From: Oscillospiraceae bacterium
GTDB taxonomy: Bacteria > Bacillota > Clostridia > Oscillospirales > JAKOTC01
Reading direction: 5' to 3'
Assembly: GCA_035353335.1 (NCBI GenBank)
Contig: DAOPZJ010000005.1
Span: 8,530 to 72,352 of the forward strand
Length of the DNA stretch: 63,823 bases
Shown piece by piece: positions 18,045 through 27,369 of the stretch. Numbering within the stretch: the first letter of the stretch is position 1; each line of letters starts with the position of its first letter. The notes under the pieces are model-generated. The model did no database searches. It was not told the origin of the DNA and was given only the letters and a program-made list of their open reading frames with translations. Position numbers and translations under genes: made by a program.

Positions 18045-18920
18045 ATGAACGAATACAGAGCAAATCGGCCGCCGAAAGAACAAATGATGTCCAAAGTTCA
18101 GATCGTTTTGATCGTCATTTTCATGATGGTCCTGATGGTCTGCGGGGGCATTCTGTTTTTGGACTGGTACGACGGGTATAAAAGCGAGAAAGAAAAAGAA
18201 CAGCTTGCCTCTCAGATGCAGAGCGCGGCCCAGCAGATCACCGCGCCGATGGGCGAAAATGATATTCTGCCGGCTTTTCGGTCATTTTATCAGAAAAACA
18301 AAGACACGGCCGGCTGGATCAAAATCGACGGGACGCCGATCGATTACGTCGTGGTGCAGACCGATAACAACGACGATTATCTGCGCTCCGCCTACGACGG
18401 CACTTATAACCGCAACGGCACGATTTTCCTCGATTATCAGAGCAAATTCAATCCGAAGGGCAAAAACATCGTCATCTACGGCCACAATATGAAGACACAG
18501 GCGATGTTTTCCACCCTCGGAAAATACGAGACGGTCAAATATTATCAGGAACACCCCGTCGTGGAGTTCAATACGCTCTACGAATATTCGAAATATAAAA
18601 TTTTCGCGGTGGTTTTGATGGATGCCTCGCCGGACGGCTCGGGTTCCGGCGACGAATTCCAGCTCTACTCTCAATTTTCAAGCGACGACAGTTTTATGAA
18701 ATATATCGACAAGGTTCGCGCCCACAGCCTGCTTGACATCGACGTCAGCGTGAAAAAGAGCGATAAGATCATCTCGCTTGTCACCTGCGCCTACGACATC
18801 GAGGACGGCAGATACGCCATCTTTGCCCGCGAGATCCGTAAAGACGAAAGCGCCGACGTCGACACCTCGACGGCTAAACTCAACGAAGACGTCATCATGC
18901 CGGGGAAATTCACAAACTGA
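18045..18920 (+). CDS. srtB: Class B sortase
   Basis: An N-terminal TM segment is followed by WIKIDGTPIDYVVVQTDNNDDYL, IVIYGHNM and the catalytic LVTCAY. Confidence 0.85.
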   Translation: MNEYRANRPPKEQMMSKVQIVLIVIFMMVLMVCGGILFLDWYDGYKSEKEKEQLASQMQSAAQQITAPMGENDILPAFRSFYQKNKDTAGWIKIDGTPIDYVVVQTDNNDDYLRSAYDGTYNRNGTIFLDYQSKFNPKGKNIVIYGHNMKTQAMFSTLGKYETVKYYQEHPVVEFNTLYEYSKYKIFAVVLMDASPDGSGSGDEFQLYSQFSSDDSFMKYIDKVRAHSLLDIDVSVKKSDKIISLVTCAYDIEDGRYAIFAREIRKDESADVDTSTAKLNEDVIMPGKFTN

Positions 18921-18952
18921 GAATGCGTCTGACAGGCATTGGAGCTGACATA

Positions 18953-19261
18953 ATGCGAACGAAAGAAGAATATTACGATCTGGTTCTTCAAAACCGCAAA
19001 TTGGCCGCCGATCCCAAGGTTACGAAATGCCCCTGCCCGAATTCGCTCTGCGAATGGCACGGGCGGTGCAGAGAATGCGTGGCGCTTCACCGTTACCATA
19101 ACGACCATGTGCCTTTTTGCCTTCAACCGATCATCCGGAACAAGATCAAAGAACTTGCCGCAACGGCTGAAATGGAGATTGTCCCGAAAGAAGCGACCCC
19201 GATTGAATACAGAGAATACGTAAAAGTTCGGGACGAAGCTGCAAAAGCGGAGGGAAAATGA
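18953..19261 (+). CDS. Small Cys/His-rich hypothetical protein (putative metal-binding)
   Basis: CPCPNSLCEWHGRCRECVALHRYHNDHVPFC. GGAG lies 9 nt upstream of the ATG. No family name is recognised with confidence. Confidence 0.55.
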   Translation: MRTKEEYYDLVLQNRKLAADPKVTKCPCPNSLCEWHGRCRECVALHRYHNDHVPFCLQPIIRNKIKELAATAEMEIVPKEATPIEYREYVKVRDEAAKAEGK

Positions 19262-19321
19262 CCGATTTAATTGCTCTGAGAAGATAAACCGTTCGGAAAA
19301 CTTTTCGAAGGGACTGTTTGA

Positions 19322-20185
19322 ATGAAGAAGGTTACCGCGTTATTGACCGTGTTAATTTTACTTTTTTCTGCCTGCTCAAACAGTGGTATATCAACTTCAT
19401 CAGAAAACCCATCGGAGGAACCCGTAGGTGTCATACATTTTGGACATTTTGACCTCTTATATAACGGGGGCTACTGGGATGGTTTTATAAATAACGTTAA
19501 CAAAGGAAAAACCGCAATTGTCGCAATGGAGTATATTTGTGATCCGGAAGACCCGAGAGATTATCAAGGCAGATATTTTACGGATCGAGGAAATGAGTAT
19601 CCTGAAAAATTTCATAAGACCATATTTTTTGACGGTGAAAAATATATCGTTGCAGGTATCGAAGAAGATTTTTATGTCTCAAGAAAATATGAATATATGC
19701 TACGCTTTGAGGGGGAGTCCCGCAGAAAAATCACCGGGTATTCCAGTTACATTTTTTATGTATTGCTAAATGACAACACTTTGACCTGGGACGAAATTTA
19801 TAACGCGGATGTTAAAAACCCGGTTGATTATTTTATCGCATATTCCGATATCAGATACGGTTCATTGAAAGTGTACGAGGAGGATGTTGGAACTTTCAGT
19901 TATCAAGGGGATGTTTTGAGACCAAGCGACGGTGGACTTGGAATCAGAACCGACGGATTTGATAATATCGAAATTTCACCGGTTGAAACAATAGAGGATG
20001 TAATAAAGCTGGCAAAAAAAGAAATTTCGTTTAATGATAGGGATTTTGATTCGATTAATTTGGCTTATGACGAAGAGACAGACATATATCGGGTTACTTT
20101 TTCAAAGGAAAGACGGTTAGGTGGTTGGATCTCGGTATATGTCAATAGACAAGGTCAGACGATTAGGATTGTCGGCGGAGAATGA
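19322..20185 (+). CDS. Hypothetical lipoprotein (AT-rich gene)
   Basis: The signal and lipobox are LILLFSAC. The composition is much more AT-rich than the flanking genes. Confidence 0.7.
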   Translation: MKKVTALLTVLILLFSACSNSGISTSSENPSEEPVGVIHFGHFDLLYNGGYWDGFINNVNKGKTAIVAMEYICDPEDPRDYQGRYFTDRGNEYPEKFHKTIFFDGEKYIVAGIEEDFYVSRKYEYMLRFEGESRRKITGYSSYIFYVLLNDNTLTWDEIYNADVKNPVDYFIAYSDIRYGSLKVYEEDVGTFSYQGDVLRPSDGGLGIRTDGFDNIEISPVETIEDVIKLAKKEISFNDRDFDSINLAYDEETDIYRVTFSKERRLGGWISVYVNRQGQTIRIVGGE

Positions 20186-20325
20186 AAAATTTCCTATAAT
20201 AAATGATAAAGGGTCCGGAGAAAACCTCCGAGCCCTTGAAATTTTGTTTTTTCAATAGGGGCGCGCATTGTCCCCGCCGAGCGGCTTACGCGCCCCGAGA
20301 TTTATCGGACGGCCGATGGCCGCCC

Positions 20326-21855
20326 CTACAATTTTGAAAGCCCCTCCGGCGTCAATTCATACACCGTGTCGCAGACCCCGGCGAGGTATTTGCGGTCATG
20401 GGTCACGCTGATGATTGTGCCGTCGTACTGCCGAAGCACCTGCCGGACGACCGGATTGGAGAGCGGGCTGAAGTTGCGGGTCGGCTCGTCGAGAATCAGC
20501 ACATTGCTGCCGTCAAGCGTCATTTTTAAAAATAACAATTTGGCCTTCTGACCGCCCGAGAGCTCTCCGATGGTGCCGAGCATCTCCTCGTGAGTGAACC
20601 GCATGCTGCCCATTTGGATACGGGCGCGGGTGATGTCCTCCTTTTTGCCGGACGGCGCGAGGAAATCGAGCGGGCACTGGGACAGGTCGAGCGAATCCTC
20701 GTAATCCTGCGGCATATAGGCGGCTTTGAGGTCTCTTCGCTGAAGCAGTTCCTCCGCAATCAACCGAAGCAGCGTGGTCTTGCCCGCGCCGTTGTCGCCG
20801 ACGATGCCGACATGCTCTCCGCCGTACACATTCAATTCGATATTTTTTGAAAGAACCCTTTCATCGATTTTGAGTTCCGGCAGCGCCATCCGCAAAATCT
20901 CTTTTTGACGGGGCAGGGCGGTGCGCTCCGCGAACTTCATCAAAATGGCCTCTTCGACGATCGGAATCTCCTCGAAGTCCTCTTTTTCCCGCTCAAACCG
21001 GCGCTCCAGCGACTTGACCGCTTTCATTTTCTTTTTTAAGAGGCGGGCGCCTCCGGGGTCCTGACGGGAAATGTTCTCCTGGTCGCGCTCCACCTTGTCG
21101 TGGATTTTCTTCCAGCGCTCCTGCTGGGCCGCGAAGTCCTCGCGCTGCTTGCGAGCTACTTGTTCCTGATGGGTCAGGCCGCGAATGCGCTCGTCGATAT
21201 ACCGCGCATACGGCATCCGCGCGATCGTATGGCGGGCGCTGCGCTTATGCAAAACCTGTTCAAGATGAATGATCACATTGGCGGTATGCTCGATCAGCGT
21301 CTCGTCGTGGGAGACAAACAGCACCGGAAGCCCGCAGCGGTTGATAAAGGTCTCAAGCCATTCAAGCGTCCTGATGTCGATGTCGTTGGTCGGCTCGTCG
21401 AGTAACAGCACATCCGGTTTTGAGGCCAATATCCGTGCCAATTGCAATTTGACTTTTTCGCCGCCCGAGAGCGTTCCCATCAACTGATCGGACTCGAACA
21501 TCGCCGGGTTCAACCCGAGTTGTTCGGCGATTTCGGCGCGTTCGTCGGGCAAAAGCATCTCAAACAAAAGCTCGGAAGCGACGTAATCTTTTACGCAGAG
21601 CCGTTTTTCGGCCTCGGAGAGCTCCTGCTTGAGATAGCCGTATTTCAAGCCGTCACGCAGGACTTTTCCGCTGTATTCCACGTAATGCTCAACCAAAGCC
21701 GGGTTGACGATCAGCTTTAACAGGGTGCTCTTTCCGTTGCCCTCTTCGCCGATGATGACGGCCTTGTCGCCCGGGTTGAGCGCAAAAGTGAAATTGATTA
21801 AGATTTTTTTATCGTTCTTGGAAAGCGATATCGTTAAATTCATGATTTGAAGCAT
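20326..21855 (-). CDS. ABC-F family ATPase (two NBDs, no TM domain), probably of the ARE/ribosome-protection subclass
   Basis: Two Walker A motifs (GEEGNGKST and GDNGAGKTT) and two signature motifs (LSGGEKVK and LSGGQKAK) flank a charged linker QEQVARKQREDFAAQQERWKK...KKKMKAVKSLERR. The start was set at MLQIMNL, 7 nt after GAGGAGG. Confidence 0.85.
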   Translation of the reverse strand: MLQIMNLTISLSKNDKKILINFTFALNPGDKAVIIGEEGNGKSTLLKLIVNPALVEHYVEYSGKVLRDGLKYGYLKQELSEAEKRLCVKDYVASELLFEMLLPDERAEIAEQLGLNPAMFESDQLMGTLSGGEKVKLQLARILASKPDVLLLDEPTNDIDIRTLEWLETFINRCGLPVLFVSHDETLIEHTANVIIHLEQVLHKRSARHTIARMPYARYIDERIRGLTHQEQVARKQREDFAAQQERWKKIHDKVERDQENISRQDPGGARLLKKKMKAVKSLERRFEREKEDFEEIPIVEEAILMKFAERTALPRQKEILRMALPELKIDERVLSKNIELNVYGGEHVGIVGDNGAGKTTLLRLIAEELLQRRDLKAAYMPQDYEDSLDLSQCPLDFLAPSGKKEDITRARIQMGSMRFTHEEMLGTIGELSGGQKAKLLFLKMTLDGSNVLILDEPTRNFSPLSNPVVRQVLRQYDGTIISVTHDRKYLAGVCDTVYELTPEGLSKL

Positions 21856-21861
21856 ATTCAT

Positions 21862-22070
21862 TCCTCCTCAGCGCTGTCGGAAAAGAACTTGAAATAAAAT
21901 TCCAAGCAAACAAAAAGACCGTCTTTTCCGACAGCATAACAAAACAACCTCGAATTCGATCGGAATTCGGTCAAGTCCTGTGATGTGTCGTTAAAGCGGT
22001 CAGTTGTACATCTTTTCACTCCTTCAAGGAAAACTGTGCCAAGTGTAGCACGGAAAGCGGTTTTTGTCAA
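21862..22070 (-). promoter_or_regulatory. ABC-F leader: promoter, 3-codon uORF and alternative hairpins (attenuator-like)
   Basis: On the minus strand: TTGACA (22070-22065), 17 nt, TACACT (22047-22042), then GAAGGAGTG SD and ATG-TAC-AAC-TGA. Next come the hairpin CGAATTCCGATCGAATTCG and a 14-bp inverted repeat GCTGTCGGAAAAGA / TCTTTTCCGACAGC (21935-21922 and 21886-21873). The repeat ends 5 nt before the main SD. Confidence 0.55.
22000..22011 (-). other. Candidate leader mini-ORF MYN-stop
   Basis: ATGTACAACTGA is preceded by GAAGGAGTG at a 5-nt spacing. Confidence 0.35.
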
Positions 22071-22113
22071 TGAAATATGTTGCATTGCGCCCGGAAATAT
22101 GGCATAATGGGGG

Positions 22114-22143
22114 TTGACAAGCGGTCTGAAACTGTGATACAAT
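22114..22143 (+). promoter_or_regulatory. Promoter of rpmG-secE-nusG
   Basis: TTGACA (22114-22119), an 18-nt spacer, then TACAAT (22138-22143). It is divergent from the ABC-F promoter. Confidence 0.55.
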
Positions 22144-22259
22144 AACAATCACCTCAGAGAGGGCTTATTTTTTGTCTGCACTTTTTTTAAGAGGACGGCA
22201 AAAAACCCTTGAGGGAGGCAAAACTAAGGCGGGAAGACCGCTGTAACGGAGGTGCCGTC

Positions 22260-22409
22260 ATGAGGGTCAAAATCACGCTCGCCTGCACCGAGTGCAAGCA
22301 GCGCAACTATGACACAATGAAGAACAAGAAAAACGATCCCGATCGGTTGGAGATGAACAAGTACTGCAGATTCTGCCGTAAACACACGCTCCACCGCGAG
22401 ACGAAGTAA
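22260..22409 (+). CDS. rpmG: 50S ribosomal protein L33
   Basis: [49 protein letters not shown], 49 aa. GGAGG lies upstream. Confidence 0.95.
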   Translation: MRVKITLACTECKQRNYDTMKNKKNDPDRLEMNKYCRFCRKHTLHRETK

Positions 22410-22424
22410 CGGGGGAGGAACAAA

Positions 22425-22643
22425 ATGGCTAACGATGCCGCTGCCCCGAAAAAGGGTTTTGCGAAGCTCGGACAATTCCTGAAGGAAGTCCGGCTTGAGA
22501 TGAAGAAGATCACCTGGCCGACGCATAAAGAATCGTTTAAGAAATTTATGCTGGTCATCGTCACCGTCGTCGTCTGCGCCGCAGTACTCTATGGATTCGA
22601 CCGCCTGCTGCTGTTGCTTGCGGGTGTGATCGCAGGAAGCTGA
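22425..22643 (+). CDS. secE: Preprotein translocase subunit SecE
   Basis: FLKEVRLEMKKITWPT followed by a single C-terminal TM segment, in the conserved position between rpmG and nusG. Confidence 0.9.
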   Translation: MANDAAAPKKGFAKLGQFLKEVRLEMKKITWPTHKESFKKFMLVIVTVVVCAAVLYGFDRLLLLLAGVIAGS

Positions 22644-22651
22644 GAGGAATT

Positions 22652-23170
22652 ATGCCGGAAGCCGCAAAATGGTATGTCGTGCACACCTATTCAGGGTATG
22701 AAAGCAAGGTCTGCACCAATCTTGAGAAAATGGTGGAAAACCGCCATATGCAGGATCTGATCCTCGAGACCAAGATTCCGCTCCAGACCGTGACCGAGAT
22801 CAAGGACAACAAGACCCGCGAGGTCGAACAGAAGTTGTTCCCCGGTTATGTGCTCGTTAAAATGGTGATGACCGATGAATCGTGGTATGTCGTCAGAAAC
22901 ACCAGAGGCGTGACCGGTTTTGTCGGCGCAGCTTCCAAACCCGAACCGCTTTCCGAAGCGGAGATCAACGCTCTCGGCGTTGAACAGCGCAGTGTCAAAG
23001 TCGACTACGAAGTCGGCGATTCCGTGGAAATCACAGGCGGTCCGTTCTCCGGCATGACCGGCGTCGTCGACATGATCGACACCGCCGAAGGCCGCGTGCG
23101 CGTAATCGTATTTGTGATGAACCGGGAGACCCCGGTCGATCTCGCGATGGATCAGATCGCACCGGTATAA
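22652..23170 (+). CDS. nusG: Transcription termination/antitermination factor NusG
   Basis: WYVVHTYSGYE, FPGYVLVKM and the KOW motif GDSVEITGGPFSGMTGVV. Confidence 0.97.
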   Translation: MPEAAKWYVVHTYSGYESKVCTNLEKMVENRHMQDLILETKIPLQTVTEIKDNKTREVEQKLFPGYVLVKMVMTDESWYVVRNTRGVTGFVGAASKPEPLSEAEINALGVEQRSVKVDYEVGDSVEITGGPFSGMTGVVDMIDTAEGRVRVIVFVMNRETPVDLAMDQIAPV

Positions 23171-23283
23171 AACACGGCGCATCAAAAAAATGAGACCCCG
23201 ACGCCGGTATCAGTTTACGGCGTCAAAGTGGGAGAGCGTTCAAAGAGCGCTCGCCAATAACCACAAAATTGGAGGAAAGAAAA

Positions 23284-23709
23284 ATGGCTCAAAAGGTCAT
23301 TGGCTATGTCAAGCTTCAGATTCCGGCCGGTAAAGCCACACCGGCACCGCCTGTCGGACCGGCGCTCGGTCAGGCCGGCGTCAACATCATGCAGTTCACC
23401 AAAGAGTTTAACGAGAGAACAAAGGCTGACATGGGACTCATCATCCCGGTCGTCATCACGGTCTATGCGGACCACTCTTTCTCGTTCATCACCAAAACGC
23501 CGCCCGCGGCAGTCCTGATCAAAAAGGCCTGCGGCATCGAGAGCGGTTCGGGTGTTCCCAACAAGACCAAGGTCGCCAAGATCACCTCTGCTCAGGTTCG
23601 CCAGATCGCGGAGTCCAAGATGGTCGACCTCAACGCCTCCTGTGTCGAGACCGCGATGAAAATGGTCGCCGGTACCGCGCGCAGCATGGGCGTCGAAGTG
23701 ATCGACTGA
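23284..23709 (+). CDS. rplK: 50S ribosomal protein L11
   Basis: [43 protein letters not shown]. Confidence 0.97.
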   Translation: MAQKVIGYVKLQIPAGKATPAPPVGPALGQAGVNIMQFTKEFNERTKADMGLIIPVVITVYADHSFSFITKTPPAAVLIKKACGIESGSGVPNKTKVAKITSAQVRQIAESKMVDLNASCVETAMKMVAGTARSMGVEVID

Positions 23710-23725
23710 CGGGAGGAACAGAGAT

Positions 23726-24418
23726 ATGTTACACGGAAAGAGATATGACGACAGCGCAAAGCTGTACGATAAGACCAAGCAATACGAAGTCGACGAAGCG
23801 CTTGAACTCTGCACCAAAACCGCAAAAGCCAAGTTCGACGAGACCATCGAAGTCCACGTCCGTCTGGGCGTCGACTCCCGCCATGCCGACCAGCAGGTCC
23901 GCGGCGCGGTCGTTCTCCCGAACGGAACCGGCAAAACGGTCCGCGTTCTGGCCATCTGCAAAGGCGACGCGGTAAAAGCGGCCACGGCAGCCGGAGCGGA
24001 TTTTGTCGGCGCGGAAGAATACGTCGAAAAGATCCAGAAAGAAAACTGGATGGATTTCGACGTGCTGATCACAACCCCCGAAATGATGGGTCTGATCGGG
24101 CGTCTCGGTAAAGTGTTAGGCCCGCGCGGCCTGATGCCGAACCCGAAGGCAGGCACTGTCACCCCGGATATCGGCAGAGCCATCAACGAAGCCAAAGCCG
24201 GTAAGATCGAATACCGTCTCGACAAGACCAACATCATCCACTGCCCGATCGGCAAGGCGAGTTTCGGCAGAGAGAAATTGGCTGAGAACTTCAACACGCT
24301 GCTCGGCGCGATCATCAAGGCCAAACCGGCGGCGGCCAAGGGACAGTATATCCGTTCCTGCACCGTGGTCTCCACAATGGGTCCGGCGGTCAAGATCATG
24401 ACCAGCAAACTGGTATAA
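23726..24418 (+). CDS. rplA: 50S ribosomal protein L1
   Basis: [13 protein letters not shown]...[24 protein letters not shown]...[15 protein letters not shown]. Confidence 0.97.
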   Translation: MLHGKRYDDSAKLYDKTKQYEVDEALELCTKTAKAKFDETIEVHVRLGVDSRHADQQVRGAVVLPNGTGKTVRVLAICKGDAVKAATAAGADFVGAEEYVEKIQKENWMDFDVLITTPEMMGLIGRLGKVLGPRGLMPNPKAGTVTPDIGRAINEAKAGKIEYRLDKTNIIHCPIGKASFGREKLAENFNTLLGAIIKAKPAAAKGQYIRSCTVVSTMGPAVKIMTSKLV

Positions 24419-24450
24419 AACTAAAACAGATTTCGTTTGTTTCAGCAGAT

Positions 24451-24479
24451 AAAAAAGCGCCGGAAGCGGCGCTTTTTTT
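24451..24479 (+). terminator. Terminator after rplA
   Basis: AAAAAAGCGCCGGAAGCGGCGCTTTTTTT. Confidence 0.8.
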
Positions 24480-24498
24480 GATATTGATGAAAATCAAG

Positions 24499-24533
24499 CA
24501 ATCGGGGGAGGCGTTTGGCGCCTCCCCCGATTG
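24499..24533 (-). terminator. Terminator hairpin after htrA
   Basis: CAATCGGGGGAGGCG pairs with CGCCTCCCCCGATTG (15 bp), immediately downstream of the htrA stop. Confidence 0.7.
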
Positions 24534-24538
24534 TCGCT

Positions 24539-25705
24539 TTATTGTTTGTTCTCTCCGACAGTGACAGTTATTTTGAGATTCTCCCCGGTCCCCGAATAAT
24601 TGCCCTGGCGATAGATTTCAAAGACGACCTTGTCGCCGATTTTTTTACCCTGGATGATGCTCGTCACCTGACTTGCCTCGGTGATTTTTACTCCGTCGAT
24701 TTTCTGAATCAAATCGATCGCGCGCAGTCCGGCGCTTTCCGCGGGGCTGCCCGAATCAACCGATTGGACATAGACGCCCATATACTCGACATTATTCATC
24801 CGGGCAGACAGATAGCTGTTGATGTCAACCGAAGTAAGGCCGATATAGGGTCTGCCCGTGACGTAGCCGTTTTCTTTGAGTTCTTTGATGACCGGAGCGA
24901 CCGCGTTGATGGGAAGCACAAAGCCGAGGCCCTCCACGCCGGTTTCGGAGGTTTTGGCGATGACTATGCCGATCAGCTCCCCGTTGGAGTCAAACATGCC
25001 GCCGCCGGAGTTTCCCGGATTGACCGCCGCGTCGGTCTGGAGAACCGTGAAAGTGGTTCCGTCAAGGTCGATTTCGCGCTCGAGCGCGCTGATGATCCCG
25101 GTGGTGACGGTGCCTTGCAGTTCGCCCAGCGGGTTGCCGATGACGATCGTATAATCACCGACGCGCAGAGTTGAGGAATCGCCGATTCTGGCAGCGGTGA
25201 GGCCGGTGGCGTCGATTTTCAGCAGTGCGACGTCGTCGCTTGTGCTCTTACCGACCAAAGATGCTGTGAAGGAGCGCCCGTCTTTCAAAAAGACGGTGAT
25301 CTTATTGCCGCCGCTGACGACATGGTTATTGGTCACGATGTAGCCGTCGGATGTGAGGATGACGCCGGAGCCGCTGCCTTCGGTGGGGTAGGAGCGGTTA
25401 AAATAGTCGTAGGCGACGCCGGTGACGTTGATGGCGACGACGCTGCCGGCGATTTTATCGACGGTATCAGCGATTCCGGCACGGCTTGCGGTATTGGTGA
25501 CGGCCGCCGCGGAGGCCTTGACCGGGGTGTCGGTCGATTCCTCGCTGACCGCAGACGGTAATGAAAAAATGTCTGAGGAAATCACGGAACTTGTCTGCGA
25601 CGAAATGGGCAGCAGCCGCCCCGAGAGCGAACAACCGGTCACCGCAAACAGCAATGCGAGCAGCAGCGCTGCGGCCGAAACAACTTTCTTCAGGTTTTTT
25701 GACAT
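24539..25705 (-). CDS. htrA: HtrA/DegP-family serine protease with a PDZ domain (membrane-anchored or lipoprotein)
   Basis: The trypsin-like triad context is TNNHVV...DVALLKI...GNSGGGMFD, with a C-terminal PDZ. The start is at MSKNLKK after GAGAAGGAG, and the signal ends AVTGC. Confidence 0.92.
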   Translation of the reverse strand: MSKNLKKVVSAAALLLALLFAVTGCSLSGRLLPISSQTSSVISSDIFSLPSAVSEESTDTPVKASAAAVTNTASRAGIADTVDKIAGSVVAINVTGVAYDYFNRSYPTEGSGSGVILTSDGYIVTNNHVVSGGNKITVFLKDGRSFTASLVGKSTSDDVALLKIDATGLTAARIGDSSTLRVGDYTIVIGNPLGELQGTVTTGIISALEREIDLDGTTFTVLQTDAAVNPGNSGGGMFDSNGELIGIVIAKTSETGVEGLGFVLPINAVAPVIKELKENGYVTGRPYIGLTSVDINSYLSARMNNVEYMGVYVQSVDSGSPAESAGLRAIDLIQKIDGVKITEASQVTSIIQGKKIGDKVVFEIYRQGNYSGTGENLKITVTVGENKQ

Positions 25706-25896
25706 AACGATCTCCTTCTCATAATGAAACGGGCAAAGAATCGATTCGGAACAAAACGATCGGGCCGTGTTAATGAAATGAAACAAATTTTGCGGATGCT
25801 GTATCTGTCTCGATCCTGCGTTCTTATTTTAAAAAAGCATTGTGATTGTATGATGATGAAATATTTAGAAATTCGCTAAGTGTTTAAACCTTATCT

Positions 25897-27159
25897 TTAA
25901 TGGCTGCCGGCCTTTTTCAGAAAGTCAGGGAGCCGCTCAAATTCGAGTTTTATGACCGGAACCGTGTCATAGAGCCTTTCGACGGGAATATTTAAAATTC
26001 GGGTATTCTCCAAGTCGCGGTAATAGGGGAGCGCACCTAAACTTCGGACAGCGCCGAGCGTCTCGCCGGTATTTAACAGCGTGACTTTTTTCGGAACCGT
26101 CTCGAAGGGCTCCGCAATGACGGATTCGGCGCAAATGTCGTTTAAGAAGCAGAGATAAACGTTGTTATTCTTGGTTGTCATCATCACCGACGGCATTTTT
26201 AAAATACCGTTTGCGGGGGTTATGCCGTAAAATGCTTCTTTTACTTTGGAAAACCATGCGCCGATGCGGTTGAGAATCGCCGTATCTTTTTCACACAGCG
26301 TCCCGTCGGGCATCGGACCGACATTCAAAAGATAGTTTCCGCCCATGCATAGATGTTTGGTAATGCTCTGCATCAGATATTTCGTGCTGTAGCGTTTCTC
26401 TTCAATCCGATAACCCCAGCTCTCGGTGCCGACCGCCTGGCAGGCCTCGGTAGGGGTTTGAAACTCGGTAAGCGCATTTATTTTATCGAGCGACCAGTCG
26501 CGTTCGGGGGTGCTGTAGTCGCCTTTTGAAAATCCGCGGTCGTTGATGACAGCGCCGGGCTGCAGGCGGCGGATGATGTCATGGACCGATTCATCGATAA
26601 TTTCATGCATGTTGGCGTCCCAGAAAAAGCAGCAGAGGTCGCCGTAGTTGGTGCAGAGCTCCGTGATTTGGTTTTTGACGTATTGTATGTATTCGGGCAT
26701 GTCGGGCTCGTCGCCGGGCTGGGGAGCGGGGTATTCATAGGCCTTTCCGCTGTTGGGGTAATTTTTATGATTCATATCGGAGACCGAATAGTAAATCCCG
26801 AATAAAACGCCGCGCTTTCGGCAGGCGTCGGAGAGCATTTTGACGATGTCTTTTTGATACGGCGTGTTCCGGATGCAGAAGTCGGTATATTTCGAATCCC
26901 ACATACAGAAACCGTCGATATGCTTGGACGTCAGTACGATATATTCGATGCCGGCGTTGACGGCGAAATCCACCCAGGCGTCGGGGTCGAATTTCACGGG
27001 ATTGAACTCATCTTTGACTTTGGCATAGACGTCCCGCGGGATGTTTCTTCGAAAAACTTCCTGTTCCTGATAGCCGTGCACCGAATAGATGCCCCAGTGT
27101 AAAAACATCCCGTAGTGTTTTTCGAAAAACCAATCGCGCCGATCGCCGAATTTTTGCAT
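25897..27159 (-). CDS. Alpha-L-fucosidase (GH29), cytoplasmic
   Basis: WFFEKHYGMFLHWGIYSV, YIVLTSKHIDGFCMWDS and YYS..D match the GH29 core. Confidence 0.9.
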   Translation of the reverse strand: MQKFGDRRDWFFEKHYGMFLHWGIYSVHGYQEQEVFRRNIPRDVYAKVKDEFNPVKFDPDAWVDFAVNAGIEYIVLTSKHIDGFCMWDSKYTDFCIRNTPYQKDIVKMLSDACRKRGVLFGIYYSVSDMNHKNYPNSGKAYEYPAPQPGDEPDMPEYIQYVKNQITELCTNYGDLCCFFWDANMHEIIDESVHDIIRRLQPGAVINDRGFSKGDYSTPERDWSLDKINALTEFQTPTEACQAVGTESWGYRIEEKRYSTKYLMQSITKHLCMGGNYLLNVGPMPDGTLCEKDTAILNRIGAWFSKVKEAFYGITPANGILKMPSVMMTTKNNNVYLCFLNDICAESVIAEPFETVPKKVTLLNTGETLGAVRSLGALPYYRDLENTRILNIPVERLYDTVPVIKLEFERLPDFLKKAGSH

Positions 27160-27218
27160 ATATGTAACCTCCGAACGGTTATTACCGTCATCATAGCACG
27201 CTTTTTTAAAATTTGCAA

Positions 27219-27244
27219 TAAAAAACGGACGAATACTCGTCCGT
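27219..27244 (-). terminator. Terminator closing the low-GC ABC operon
   Basis: On the minus strand, ACGGACGA-GTAT-TCGTCCGT is followed by TTTTTT. Confidence 0.7.
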
Positions 27245-27369
27245 GATCTTTGAAAGCAATGACTAATTTTGATACCCTAATTTGTGCACAATAATCCCCT
27301 ATCTTTCGTTAAAAGGTATGGGGAATAAATAAGTAATACACACGGTCCGATCCTTTGACATCGATCTCC

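Noticed and set aside
21858-22148. 96-aa ORF upstream of and overlapping the ABC-F start.
   Set aside because: It spans both divergent promoters and the attenuator hairpins. A leader RNA with a mini-uORF explains the region better.
23171-23283. Hairpins between nusG and rplK (GACGCCG...CGGCGTC and GAGCG...CGCTC) as a possible L1/L11 autoregulatory leader.
   Set aside because: This is plausible by position, but I cannot recognise the L1-binding 23S-mimic by eye. A covariance-model search is needed before calling it.
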